A stretch of DNA of 62,438 nt, the filler included, from Choristocarpus tenellus KU-1152 (lineage: Eukaryota > Protista > Phaeophyceae): NCBI GenBank assembly GCA_964200185.2. It is 13 parts of 13 records of this genome, joined end to end, with 100 filler letters (N's around TTAATTAATTAA, not from the genome) between each part and the next. Parts side by side here need not be neighbours in the genome. Positions count along the whole stretch, not along the records: positions 52,030 to 55,987 come from CAXNAD020016935.1; positions 56,088 to 62,438 come from CAXNAD020008331.1; 11 more parts are not named here. One strand, 5' to 3'. Numbering within the stretch: position 1 is the first letter of the stretch; each line of letters opens with the position of its first letter. The position numbers and the translations under genes were made by a program. The notes beneath the pieces were generated by a model, which saw only the letters and a program-made list of their open reading frames with translations, was not told where the DNA came from and searched no databases. Positions 52,030 to 62,438 of the stretch are shown here, one piece after another.

Positions 52030-55000
52030 CAAGCAATCTCGCCAGGTTTATCACCTTTATGTTCTTTGATGATTTTGGGGATACTTTAACAGGTTTACCA
52101 TGTAGACTTCTTAGCACAGGTAGTCTGCGGCGCAAGGGAGGTGAATTTGTGGAATCTGGGTTTAGGAGAAGCTACATCAAGCCCAGCAAGGAGGCAACCA
52201 AAATCTACTTAGAGGAGAAGGGAGCCTTCCTGATGCTGAAGGTCCAGTTTCAGGCAGACAATAGGAAGAAGGGCCAGCCCAAGGTCAATGCAAGCTTCGC
52301 CAACAAACAACAGCGTCTCTCCCTCTTCGACTGGCATAAAATAATGGGTCACCTTAACCCCTTTGCGACAAAGCACCTTAAAAAACGAGGACTCCTGGAT
52401 ATCGCAGATGCTGCAGTCGCCTCCGAGCTTCACTGCAAGGTATGTAAGGAGTGCAAGTCCGAGGCACTCAGTTACGCACGGGGAGGCCGCAGCCCCAAGA
52501 GAGTGGGGGAGGTGGTGCACACAGATATGGAGGGAACTTTTAATCCAGACGTGACAAGAATGAAATATTTTCAGGTGTTCGTGGACGAGGCTAGCAAGGA
52601 AAAGCGTGTGATAGGACTGCGTACCAAGGACGCTGCTACAGTGGCCACTGCCGCCTACATAGATGAAATGGCTCGGGATGGGGTGGTAGTGAGATGCATC
52701 AGAGGAGCCCCCACGCACACCCCAGAGCAACGGTATTGCTGAGCGGGCAATAAAACAAATAATGCAAGCTGCTCGCAGCCAGTTGATTCAAGCTGGAATG
52801 GGGGAGGAGTTCTTTTTTTTTGCATTGGCAGACGCTACATTCAAGACCACTGGAATGCCACACGACTACTTGGGAGGCGAGACTCCAAATGAGCGCCTGA
52901 CCAACACACCCTTTAATTACAAGCGGCTTCGAGTATTTGGAACAGAGTGTTTCAACACATCGTACCAAGCAACAGCGCGGCGCCAATGCTAAGTTCCATC
53001 CATATCGAAAATAGGAGATCATTGTTGGACATGACAGAGAGTCATTATGCTGGCACATATGGATCCCACAGGAGGGTAAGCTGGTGACCTCAGCACAAGT
53101 GTCTCTCCAGCCTGAAGACAAACTGCTGGAGTTAGTGGGGGAGTCAGAGCTAGACATACTGTTGGAGCCAGAGTTTCATGACGACATGAACATGGATATG
53201 AGAGATGAAGAAGAGGCTTCCACAACAAGGAGCGAGACTGGAGGTGAGAGCCAAAACATTGGGCGTAGGGCTCAAGATACAAAGCGCTCAGCATCCCCCC
53301 AGAGTCAAGAAATTCTACCAGGATGGGACAGTGCCAGCGCATGGATAGGGCTGCACAGATGGCAGCCAAGCGCCTGACCCCACACTCTGGACTTCGGAGA
53401 TCTGCCAGGCTGGAGCAACGCCAGCGGGTAGCCTACACATCTAAACCATGTGATCAGGAAGAAAAAGAAACAGCCATTAACCATTTCGTGTCAACCCTCA
53501 TACAGCAGAACAACGAAGAAGTACTGCTTTATGGGTTTCATGGGGGAAGTAACAGCAGGTCCAGACGAGCCATCTACAACCAAAGCGGCCTTGAGTGGGC
53601 CAGATGGAGAGCAATGGCAAGAGGCAATGGAGAAGGAAATGGCAGGGTTATGGCAAAAGGGGACTTTTAGTGATAAGTCCCTGCCCCAAGGGAGAAAGGC
53701 AATCAAGACACGATTTGTTTTCAAGATCAAGCGCTCAGCAGACGGGTCGGTGGAGAGATATAAGGCAAGACTTGTGGCCCGTGGGTTCACCCAAAATGCA
53801 GGAGTGGGCTTCTTTGAAACCTTCAACCCGGTGGTGGGATATGACACACTACGATGCGTCATATCAGTCGCAGCGTACAGAGGTTGGAGCATAGACGCCC
53901 TGGACTTTGCACAGGCCTACCTCAACGCGGATCTTCACGAGGACATCTGGTTGGAGCTTCCTGATGGCTGCACAGTCAAGGCTGAAAAAGCAATATATGG
54001 GCTGAAGCAGTCAGCCATGGAATGGTTTCATGAATTAAGGGGCACTATTCTCGTAGAAGGATGGACAAGTAGTCAACACGACGAGTGTCTCTACCTCAAG
54101 AAGAGTGAAGACGGACGCATCACCATCCTCACTACCTATGTGGACGACACTGCCATCACTGGAGACTTCACAGAAGAGATCCAAAGGATGAGGGCATCAC
54201 TACTAGAAAAGTACGAAGGACGAGACTTAGGTATACCAGACAAGCTAATTGGCGTGGGCATCACTGTGGGTGAAGATGGAATCACCTTGGATCAACAACT
54301 ATATGCAGAAAGTATTGTCATGGCCGGGATGGGCACTACAGAAGTACGAAAGACATCAACACCACTGGACCCCGGCATGGACCTCTCTGTTAAACAAGAT
54401 CATGAGGAGGAACTAGATCCCAACCATATTCCCCTATGCCAGTATTCTTGGAAAACTTATGTTCTTAGCAGGCATGACTCGACCAGATCTGGCGAACAGT
54501 GTTCGTGAACTGGGTCGTAGAGCAGCATCTCCAGGCATGCGACACTGGCGCGGACTGCAACACGTTCTACGCTATGTAGCAGGGACATTGAATGTCTGCA
54601 TTCATATAATCGAGGAGACAAAGATATGAACGAGGGGGACGAAGAACTTCTGGTGGGTTATGGAGATTCTGACTGGGGCACAGACCCCAAACACGCAGGA
54701 GTGTCACAGGCTACTTGCTACTGTTCAACAAGTCGCCGATTGCCTGGCACTCCAAACTTCAAGGGGCTGTCACCCTCTCCAGCTCGGAGGCAGAGTGGAC
54801 GGCAATGGCATATGGCATGCGCCACTGCATTTTCCTTCAAGGCATTCTGGGGGAAATTGGCATATAACAGGATCAGACTCCCTGGTTCTGTGACAACCGT
54901 GGTGCTATACAGGCGAGCAGAATCACAGGTTAACAATGGGAGAACAAGACACGTAGACATGAAGCTGAAGTGCACTAGGGAATATGTGGTCCAAGGCCTG

Positions 55001-55114
55001 TGTCATGTAGAATATGTTCCGACATCGAAACAACTAGCTGACATTTTGACTAAGCCTTTGCGTAAGAATCTTAGTTCTAGTTTTGTGCATTCTGTGCTTT
55101 CGGGTCGGGGGTGA
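52030..55114 (+). mobile_element. Ty1/copia retrotransposon pol (protease end, pre-integrase, integrase, RT, RNase H), frameshifted
   Basis: Motifs WHKIMGHLNP; GEVVHTD; WQEAMEKEM; RYKARLVARGFTQ; YGLKQS; YVDD; GYGDSDW; RTRHVDMK; LADILTKPL. Domain order INT-RT-RH is copia-type. Confidence 0.97.
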
Positions 55115-55145
55115 GCTTTTGCCAGCAACTTTGCTGCGCGCTCAT

Positions 55146-55419
55146 GGGGGAGCGTGCAATATAGGCTGATAGTCTATAAGGTTTATAGGTGTTTAGTGAA
55201 CACTACTAGACAACAGGAATGTTGGCAAAGTGGAACAAGTCCCTTTGTTGTTGATGGCATCTATGCTTTACAGTATTCACTAGTGAAGCATTCTGCTAGG
55301 AGTTACTCATGGATTCCCTTAGTGTCTGAAGTGTACGCCCACAAACTATTTATGGTTGATCGGTTCACAGACAAACGGATTGTGAGTTTATTCCCCAGAG
55401 TACAGAGTACAGCAAGAGA
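55146..55419 (+). repeat. Copia polypurine tract (55146-55152) and 3' LTR starting TG at 55155; end uncertain (possibly AACA at 55684 beyond the MITE)
   Basis: GGGGGAG-CG-TGCAATATAGG follows shortly after the pol stop. No 5' LTR is available for comparison. Confidence 0.6.
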
Positions 55420-55678
55420 GAGTCAAAGTATCTTAGAGGGTAGAGTCGCGTCCATTTGGAAGCCAAAATTCAATGTTGCAATTTTGATGTAATTTTGACT
55501 ATCATATTTGTTAGGAGATGTCAATATCCTTGTTCCGGACACACCTATTCATAATGTACACATTTTACCTACTCCGAAACATTTTGGAGTAGGTTAAACG
55601 TCATTAAAAACGCGTGGAAAGTCAAGCCCCAAATGAACAAACAGGTAAAAACTCGTAGCCTCTAAGGTACTTTCACTC
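55420..55678 (+). mobile_element. MITE family A copy, 3-bp TSD AGA
   Basis: AGA|GAGTCAAAGTATCTTAGAGGGTA ... CCTCTAAGGTACTTTCACTC|AGA. Confidence 0.92.
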
Positions 55679-57944
55679 AGAACATTTGATATGCAAGTCC
55701 ATTATAGTTAACTTTATTGGCAGACGTATACCCAGTAGCATCGATTTGTTAAGACTTGCTTCTTGATAGTGCTTCATTACGCAAGGTTAAAATGGAGGGT
55801 CACGTCTGCAGTGAAAATGGGTTTTGATTATCCTAGTTTTACTTTGGCCTGGTAGATATGGTTTCTAACTGTGATGAAATGCAGGGGTGTCCTATATGGC
55901 GTTCCTTGCTCCGTTAGGAAGCCTATCTCCATCCCACTACTATTTGTTCATAACTGGAGAGCGTGTTGAGCGAGTACTCCGTAAACANNNNNNNNNNNNN
56001 NNNNNNNNNNNNNNNNNNNNNNNNNNNNNNNTTAATTAATTAANNNNNNNNNNNNNNNNNNNNNNNNNNNNNNNNNNNNNNNNNNNNCGACCAAATCACA
56101 CCAATAAAGTGAAAACCGAAAAAAGGGTGAAAGACGGACGACGACACCCCCCCCCCAGATACTTTGACCCATTATGGAAAACCTTCGCTACACATAATGC
56201 AGTTGAGGAGATGACGCGCGGTTGAGAGGGGAAGAGAGAGACACTATTGAATCTGTAGAGGGCAGTGTAAAGTTGCCTTTAATATACTAGAGGGGAAGAC
56301 AGGTGTCCATTCGGAGTCAGTGTGAACCTGTTGTAATTTCTATGTCACTTGAATATAGTGTCAGATGTAACGGTAATTTCCTTCATCTGAACGCACCTAA
56401 CTTTCTGTTCCCCCAACCCAAACTAAATCCGAAGGAAAATCGCCCGAAAAACGGTAATCAAACTGGGCTATCTTACAACACCCCATCAAGTCCCGTGTGG
56501 ATAATCTGGGCTAAAGATTCCCCCCTCGGGCTCAAAGTATCTAGAGGGGGGTGGCGGCCCTCCATTTGGGGTCAATGTTTCATGTTACGATTTTTGAGTG
56601 ACTTAGTTGCATACATCGGATGGATAATGTAAATGCACTTTTCTGATTTTGGTCCAAATGGACACCCTGGTGTAGACCCCCCCCCCCCCCCCCCCTCTCT
56701 TTGGGGTTTTTCATATAATCTTGTATAAAGGGGGGACTAAATAAAAAAAAATTTTCTTAAAAATTTTTTTTTTNNNNNNNNNNCCCTCCCCCCCAGATGC
56801 TTTGGGTCTCTCTAAGATACTATGGACCAGGAGCGAATTAAATGACAACTATGTCCATATAACATTTTGCTTTCAAATTCGTTGGCATCAAAATGGTCTG
56901 CCATCTATAAATGGGCTCGAAGGGGAATGTGTTATAGAAGGAGAATGTGGCGAGATTTTATGGAGTGGAGAGATAGATGAAATCGGGAATCGACACGGAC
57001 ATATTGTACAGCACATGCTACTTCGCACCTGGTACATAAGCCGCAGGCTGAGCGACGACGAGGCTGTGGAAGAGTTTCTCTTTCCCTGTTTTGAGTCGAC
57101 TCTTGGCGTCCTTGGGTTAGTCCATCCACCGACATGACCCTCCCACTCAACGACGTCCTATTTAGAACTTGAGGCGCAATGATGGGTTTGCATGGCTTGA
57201 GTCGATACTCTTGTGGGGGCACGAATCTCTGAGCAACCTTGACTTCTATGTGCATCGCGGGAGGCCTTGGTGTATGATGACCATTCCCTCGATCCTCTCG
57301 ACCATCAGTGTTCATGTCCTTCTGAAGTTACCGTGGGTCGCTGTTTCGTGGTTGTCTCTTCTTGGTAATAACGATCTCGCTGATCTAAAACATGGCATTC
57401 ATTCCTCCATCATCCAAGACGTTCTTCAATACCAATATCACTACGTTTTCGTTGTACACTGTAGGATGGTCTGATCTGTACTTCCATTTAGAGAGATAAA
57501 TCCTTCTATAGTATCTTTATATTTCAAATAGTATGGGTACCTAGAACACACCTTACACATACGTTAGATGATATTGCATTCTCCGATTATCACCGACTTC
57601 TCAGAACACAAAATTAGGAATGATGAAGTTGGACAGGAATCAGAACGGATGGAACAGAATATATATTTTCAAGTGACTCCACAACTATGAGATAACTTCT
57701 CCTTCGAAGTAGGTACAGACAAGAACTTATTAGGTACACTTTTCAATTTGAATGGTCAAATTTCATTTTGACTAGGAAAAGTGTGAATCGTATATTCCGG
57801 GGATACGTGGTTTACATAGACCATCTCTTATACGCACGTTGTGTTCTACCGTTTGGTTTTGTTTTTGTCTGAAAATCTGAACGGGAAAAAGAGAAATGGA
57901 AAAATGTAGTTGAAGCGAGTTATAGTAGAGGTTTCATTTTGATT

Positions 57945-59485
57945 ATGGCGACGTCGTGTATTGTACAAGACCTCCCAATATCACCACCACACCACTCCAC
58001 CGTAACGTCTAACCCTGGAAAACCAATACGGATACAAGATTCTTGGAACACTGAATCATAGCTTATGACGCGGTCACGGGCATAGGCTTCGAGCTGAATG
58101 CTGCGGTTTCATTGGTACTGAAGAGACTGAAGAACACGTGCGGTTCAAAGATGGCCGCTGCTCATTTAAAGTCGTACCAAATGATACCCATCGCCTATGC
58201 TGCAAGGTCGATGAAGGAATGCTGAAGAACAGTTTAACAGAATTCGAGACATGCCTTGGCAACGCAAGCATACACGGAATTGGCAATCCCTGGATTCTTG
58301 AAGTGGTTAGGAAAGGGAGCCCCAGACTTGACCCCCCCGACTCTTACGAAGGAAGTGTTGGTGTAGACATCCTTGGGAACCAGGAAGAAGATCAGGCCGA
58401 AGACATTCCTAAGTGCAAACACTTCGATATGGTCCAGGTGGACTAAGGTGCAGAAGATTGTCACCAACGTGTATATCCCCCTCTGGCTGACGTGAGTACG
58501 ACATTAGATGTTGTTTGAGGTCCTGCTGTATTACACTTCACTCTCGTAGGTTACACGCCTGAAATACATAATCACAATGCTCACCGGGGAGTATCTAAAC
58601 ATACACACATCTAACACTTTTCTCGCTTCCCAGTCTTGTTCCCAAAGGAAAGCTGCGGTCTGGGGAGCAGGAGATCGACTACCTGCAGAAGCTGTACTGC
58701 CGATTGTGGGGGGAACAGGAGAAGTCGAGGATTACTGGGAGTACCATCGACCTTGTTGGAGGGGGGTAGGACGAAGGTGAATCTCCAGCGACAACTGGGG
58801 CTAAAGTGGTGGGATCTGATTCAGGAGGTCCCACTTCTAGTCCTGCCAGCGCCAACCCAGAAAGGTCCAGCTAGGAACTACCCTCTCCTGGATCAGGGGG
58901 GAGACCTTTGCCCCAGGTTTCTCCTATTCCTCCCCCTCCAAAAAAAATGCCAGATGATTGGGTCCCTCCATATCTTCTCCTATTTGCAGTGTATGGACCC
59001 CCATCCAATGATGTGCTCCAAGACTTGAGTATGAGTGAGGGACCCCCACAAGAAGTCCACATCCTCATGTGACTTAAGCAAGGATGGGGGGTCGATGGAG
59101 TCCTCTTCAATGGAGGGTGTGGAGGCAATGAGGAGGTTCAGGCTAGCAGCAAACTCGGGATCGAGGAGCCGACAGCAGTTACGGAGGGCTGCTGAGGAGG
59201 ATTTGAAGTTGGAAGCAGAGTAAAGGAAGAAAGTAGGATGGACAGCCAAGTTATTAATGCCCTAATGCCCTCGTATCCACATTGGATGATGCGGTTGAAG
59301 ACATGAGGAGACACGTAGACATAATGGAAGAAAAGGCTACTGCTAGGGAAGATAGGCACAAATTTGACCGAATGCTCAAGACTGCTAAGCAAACTTGGAG
59401 GACTTCTGAGAAGAGTGGTGATACTGTTCAGGCAGAGTTCTGTAGGAAACGGTATGAGCAACTGGTAGCAGTGAGGCTGAGATGA
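57945..59485 (+). pseudogene. Harbinger accessory ORF2 pseudogene (Myb/SANT-like, NAM-associated-like) with intron 58492-58633
   Basis: Spliced frame SIWSRWTKVQKIVTNVYIPLWLT|LVPKGKLRSGEQEIDYLQK, later MPDDWVPPYLLLFAVYGPPS, and a charged coiled-coil-like end. Frameshifted. Confidence 0.55.
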
Positions 59486-60198
59486 TGTTGGAAAGTGGTG
59501 GAACAGTGGTGAAGGGGGACTCAGGGGATATGAAGCCGGATAGTGGCATAAGGGGAGGTTGACTTGCCGACTTCGGGGCAGGCAGCAGTAGTGAGGGGAT
59601 AGACTTGGGGAATCAGTTGTGACAACACAGCTGTCAGTGTAGTGCTCACGAGTTTTTTTCAGCGGTGCCATGCACATAGGTGTACCATCATCACACTGGA
59701 CGGCATTGGCAAGTCTTTGTTTGAATTTGAGATAATTTGTTATTTTATGGATTTTATTTTTGTCTCAAGTCCTCTTATCTTGAGCTTCTGATGCGTAACC
59801 AAACAAAGCTGTCAACCTTGACCTTGTATCATGACCTCGAGCAATATTAACATAACGATGGTGATCCCAGCGCTCTTCAGAAGGTTGGTTAGGGTAAAAT
59901 ATTATCCACTACTCAGAACGAAATGAGCTGCTCTTGTCCATGAGGACAATCTTTACCTAAATACATTGTGAACAACCGGTGGCAATTCATTCTTCCTTTT
60001 TCCTGTTGACTCTCAATCACTCTCTACGTTGTACTGACAAATGACTCTTTGTCCTGCGTTAAGTGTCCTGTATTAGGTCTTCCTACCTCTTCTTGTATGT
60101 ACTTTACAAATTTAAAATACCAATTGTACCGTTCACTATTACATAGAGTGTCAATAGCGCAAAACGCAAAGCTCTGTTTGACAAGCAAGATTCCATCA

Positions 60199-60772
60199 TC
60201 AGGAACTCATCCAAACAATCTCTCCATATTCTTCCTTGTACTTGCATTGTGGTATAAGCTCATTCCTAAACTCATCAAATCCCATCTCCCTCTCCACATA
60301 CTCGTCAGATCCCCCTCCCCCCTGGTCCCTTGGCAGGCCGATCTCTGTGAAATCAGTGTAAGGGTCACTGTAGAAGGCTTCATATAGACCAGCATCCCCT
60401 GTCCAATCAGTGTTGCCCTCCAACTCTCCAAGGCCATCATATGAATGAAGCATATTTTGCAATATGCAGCAAGTGAAGAATGTGTTATCTGTCTTCTTCC
60501 TGTGTGAATATGGTAGTGGCAGCTCGAGGATTCTGAAGCGCCCCTTGACTCTGCCAAAAAAGCACTCGACGTCCTTGCATACACTCTCTGCTCGTTCACT
60601 CCACCTTGCCTGTGTTTGTGAGACAGATGCCCTTAGGGGGCATATTGTGCACTTCCACTGCAAATGCAAAGATCAGGTTGGACAAATGAATGTTGACTTG
60701 CTAGTTTGGTGAGCACTCATTTTCACAAGGACATAGGCCCCTTTCTCGGCGTAACAGTTCCCGATGGAGTCC
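60199..60772 (-). pseudogene. Harbinger transposase 3' fragment (last exon ~60657-60199)
   Basis: TTGCAG|WKCTICPL...ESVCKDVECFFGRVKGRFRIL...CCILQNML. A ~70-bp deletion removes DGGYHK and the splice donor. Confidence 0.9.
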
Positions 60773-61003
60773 TGTCACAACTCCCTACCCTTACAATGGT
60801 GGCTGTGGGTGGTATTCACCCTATTTCTACCGTAACAGTACCGTCTAGATATTGCTCTGCTACAATGACCATAATGTTGTCGAGTTGTTCAAGTTACCGA
60901 ACTTTAACAGTATTGGGATGAGTGTACTTACCGTAACAGTACCGTCGAGTGGTACACTAATAGATGGTAAAGGTACATAAATGCAAATTTACACATCTGT
61001 AGA

Positions 61004-62128
61004 ATGTTAGAGGGCATACTAATAAAAATAGACCAACTTTGTACAAAGTTTCAAAATGGTAGAGTTGTGGTGAATCTTCGATCTTCAACCGTCAAGTTCT
61101 TCCTACCAGCTCCATTCTACTATTATATTGTATTTATATGTTGTAATATATATATAGGAGGAGGGGATGGGGTTGTGGAGGTGATGGAGGAAGGCGACGA
61201 CGGTGCACGAGATAGGCAGGGACAAGGAAAAAATATAAGTGGAGGGATTAACCTAGCTCCGGGAATAGATACCCAGGTCTTGATTTTTTTTCAGAATGGA
61301 GAAGGATGGACAGAGATCGGAATGGGCCCACATGAGGACGAGGTGGAGGTGATCAAGGATGGGAATGGCGGCTCACGAGATAGGCACGGGCAAGGGGGAA
61401 ACATAAGCAGAGCACACCACTCCTCTCCGGGAATAGGTAGACATGTTTCGTCTATGCAGGATGGCGAAGCCCGAAAGGAAAACCAAACGAGCACTCAAGC
61501 GCATGGGGCCAGAGAGGTGGTAGAGGCACACGTCGATGATAGCAGGGAGAGGGACTCGCCCCTACACGGCTACGAGGAGGAAAAGCCAGGAAAGGAGGTG
61601 ATAAGGAATATTACGGGGCTTCGAAGGCCAGCTTCCCCCACCAGGGAACCCAACCCATGCACACACCAACAACCACGTCAGCTAACACCAGAACGCTGTG
61701 CGATCTGTTTTTCAGACATACAACAGCCAGTACTCCCTTTCTCCTGTACTACCTCACTGGATCTGGGCTGTGCCTCGGCTCTATACCTCCGTGCCAGACC
61801 CCTACATACCATCCCATGCCCCACCTGTTGTACCCCTGCCAGCTCCGAACACTACTATGCCGCCATGGAGAGGAGTGTGGGAACCAAAGCTGTGCTGGAA
61901 TCCATCCACTCACAATCGTCCTCCACCCCTTTTGCCATCCCACCATTCCGCCTACTCTCCATCCCACGCCCCCCCCCCCCCCCCCCCCCCCCCCCCTTTC
62001 CAGCCCCTCCCCCTTCTTTCCCTCCCTACCCTGACTGTCTAGAGCCTCTCCCGCCAGACCACCAAGGCACCCTCCACTGCGGGTGCTCGCTCTCACCTCA
62101 ACTGCATGGTCAGCCTCTGCGAAGATGA
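61004..62128 (+). CDS. Long ORF with a degenerate RING-like Cys cluster and Pro-rich tract; possibly TE-derived; true start uncertain
   Basis: 374 uninterrupted codons containing CAIC...C....LGC...CPTC and an internal repeat VEV..G..G.RDR.GQG.NIS...PGI. Confidence 0.4.
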   Translation: MLEGILIKIDQLCTKFQNGRVVVNLRSSTVKFFLPAPFYYYIVFICCNIYIGGGDGVVEVMEEGDDGARDRQGQGKNISGGINLAPGIDTQVLIFFQNGEGWTEIGMGPHEDEVEVIKDGNGGSRDRHGQGGNISRAHHSSPGIGRHVSSMQDGEARKENQTSTQAHGAREVVEAHVDDSRERDSPLHGYEEEKPGKEVIRNITGLRRPASPTREPNPCTHQQPRQLTPERCAICFSDIQQPVLPFSCTTSLDLGCASALYLRARPLHTIPCPTCCTPASSEHYYAAMERSVGTKAVLESIHSQSSSTPFAIPPFRLLSIPRPPPPPPPPPFPAPPPSFPPYPDCLEPLPPDHQGTLHCGCSLSPQLHGQPLRR

Positions 62129-62438
62129 CAACCACCCTCTCACACGCCCCTACTGTGGAACACACTTACCCATCCCCACACTTTTCAATTGCACCTACAC
62201 CACCCTAACCAGCCAAAGACCACCCCCTGGGGGGCTCATAACCCGCCAGAATAATGCCACTGCATCCCAAATCCACCTCTTTTCTCCACGCAATATCCCA
62301 GGCCAAAACTCACACCCCAACTACCCCACTCTACAGGTCGGAGCACCCCCTACCCCCACACCCCAACCCACCTCACCCTCTCCTCCACTCCAACCCATCT
62401 CGCCCCACCTCCCACCCCAGTCACCACCACCACCACCA

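Larger units (their letters stand above)
5434..56087. other. Twelve artificial 100-bp contig-joining spacers (N44-TTAATTAATTAA-N44) at 5434-5533, 8330-8429, 12577-12676, 17492-17591, 20241-20340, 25736-25835, 33294-33393, 38983-39082, 45125-45224, 49086-49185, 51930-52029, 55988-56087
   Basis: Length and sequence are identical each time. TTAATTAATTAA places stops in all six frames. Flanking genes and TEs are cut abruptly at the spacers. Confidence 0.98.
57819..60772 (-). mobile_element. PIF/Harbinger-like transposon, right part (TIR, accessory ORF2, 3' half of transposase)
   Basis: The terminus GACCATCTCTTATACGCACGTT matches 6491-6512 at 18/22 positions. The transposase 3' part closely matches the copy at 7800-8329. 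Confidence 0.8.

Noticed and set aside
52209-54975. Antisense ORFs over the copia and Harbinger genes (e.g. 52209-52730, 53491-53892, 7353-7895)
   Set aside because: They are shadow frames of recognised TE coding strands.
5434-56087. Regularly recurring TTAATTAATTAA motif as a biological repeat, and gene clustering across it
   Set aside because: It is an artificial assembly linker inside N runs, and the adjacent contigs are unlinked.
1-62438. Fanzor/TnpB, Cas, retron or other RNA-guided system
   Set aside because: I found no RuvC/zinc-finger TnpB-like motif set in the ORF track or in my manual translations. The only RT is copia-type.

Overview
This is eukaryotic DNA, most likely from a brown alga or a close stramenopile relative. 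The basis is spliceosomal GT-AG introns, bipartite plastid-targeting N-termini, a CCB1 gene, TTAGGG-type repeats and brown-algal-type TE proteins. The window is not one locus: it is 13 short contigs joined by 12 identical artificial 100-bp spacers (N44-TTAATTAATTAA-N44), so neighbourhood across spacers carries no meaning. Host genes rebuilt by hand from splice phase are a partial CCB1 (plastid cytochrome b6 heme ci biogenesis), the last two exons of an MCM3-like gene, an RGG-rich plus EH-domain protein, a multi-exon hypothetical protein and a secreted protein. Most of the rest is decayed mobile DNA: two related Ty1/copia copies, a plant-type Tc1/mariner remnant, two 3' ends of an RLE-clade non-LTR element, two complementary halves of an intron-containing PIF/Harbinger element, and several MITE families sharing an AAAGTATCT terminal core. 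There is no CRISPR array, rRNA or prokaryotic system. I cannot support a wholly new biological system. The best leads are the reconstructed spliced two-gene Harbinger, a MITE group with mixed 3/4-bp TSDs, the RGG-EH protein, CpG decay suggesting DNA methylation, and dense short interstitial telomeric repeats. All family assignments come from recalled motifs, not database searches.
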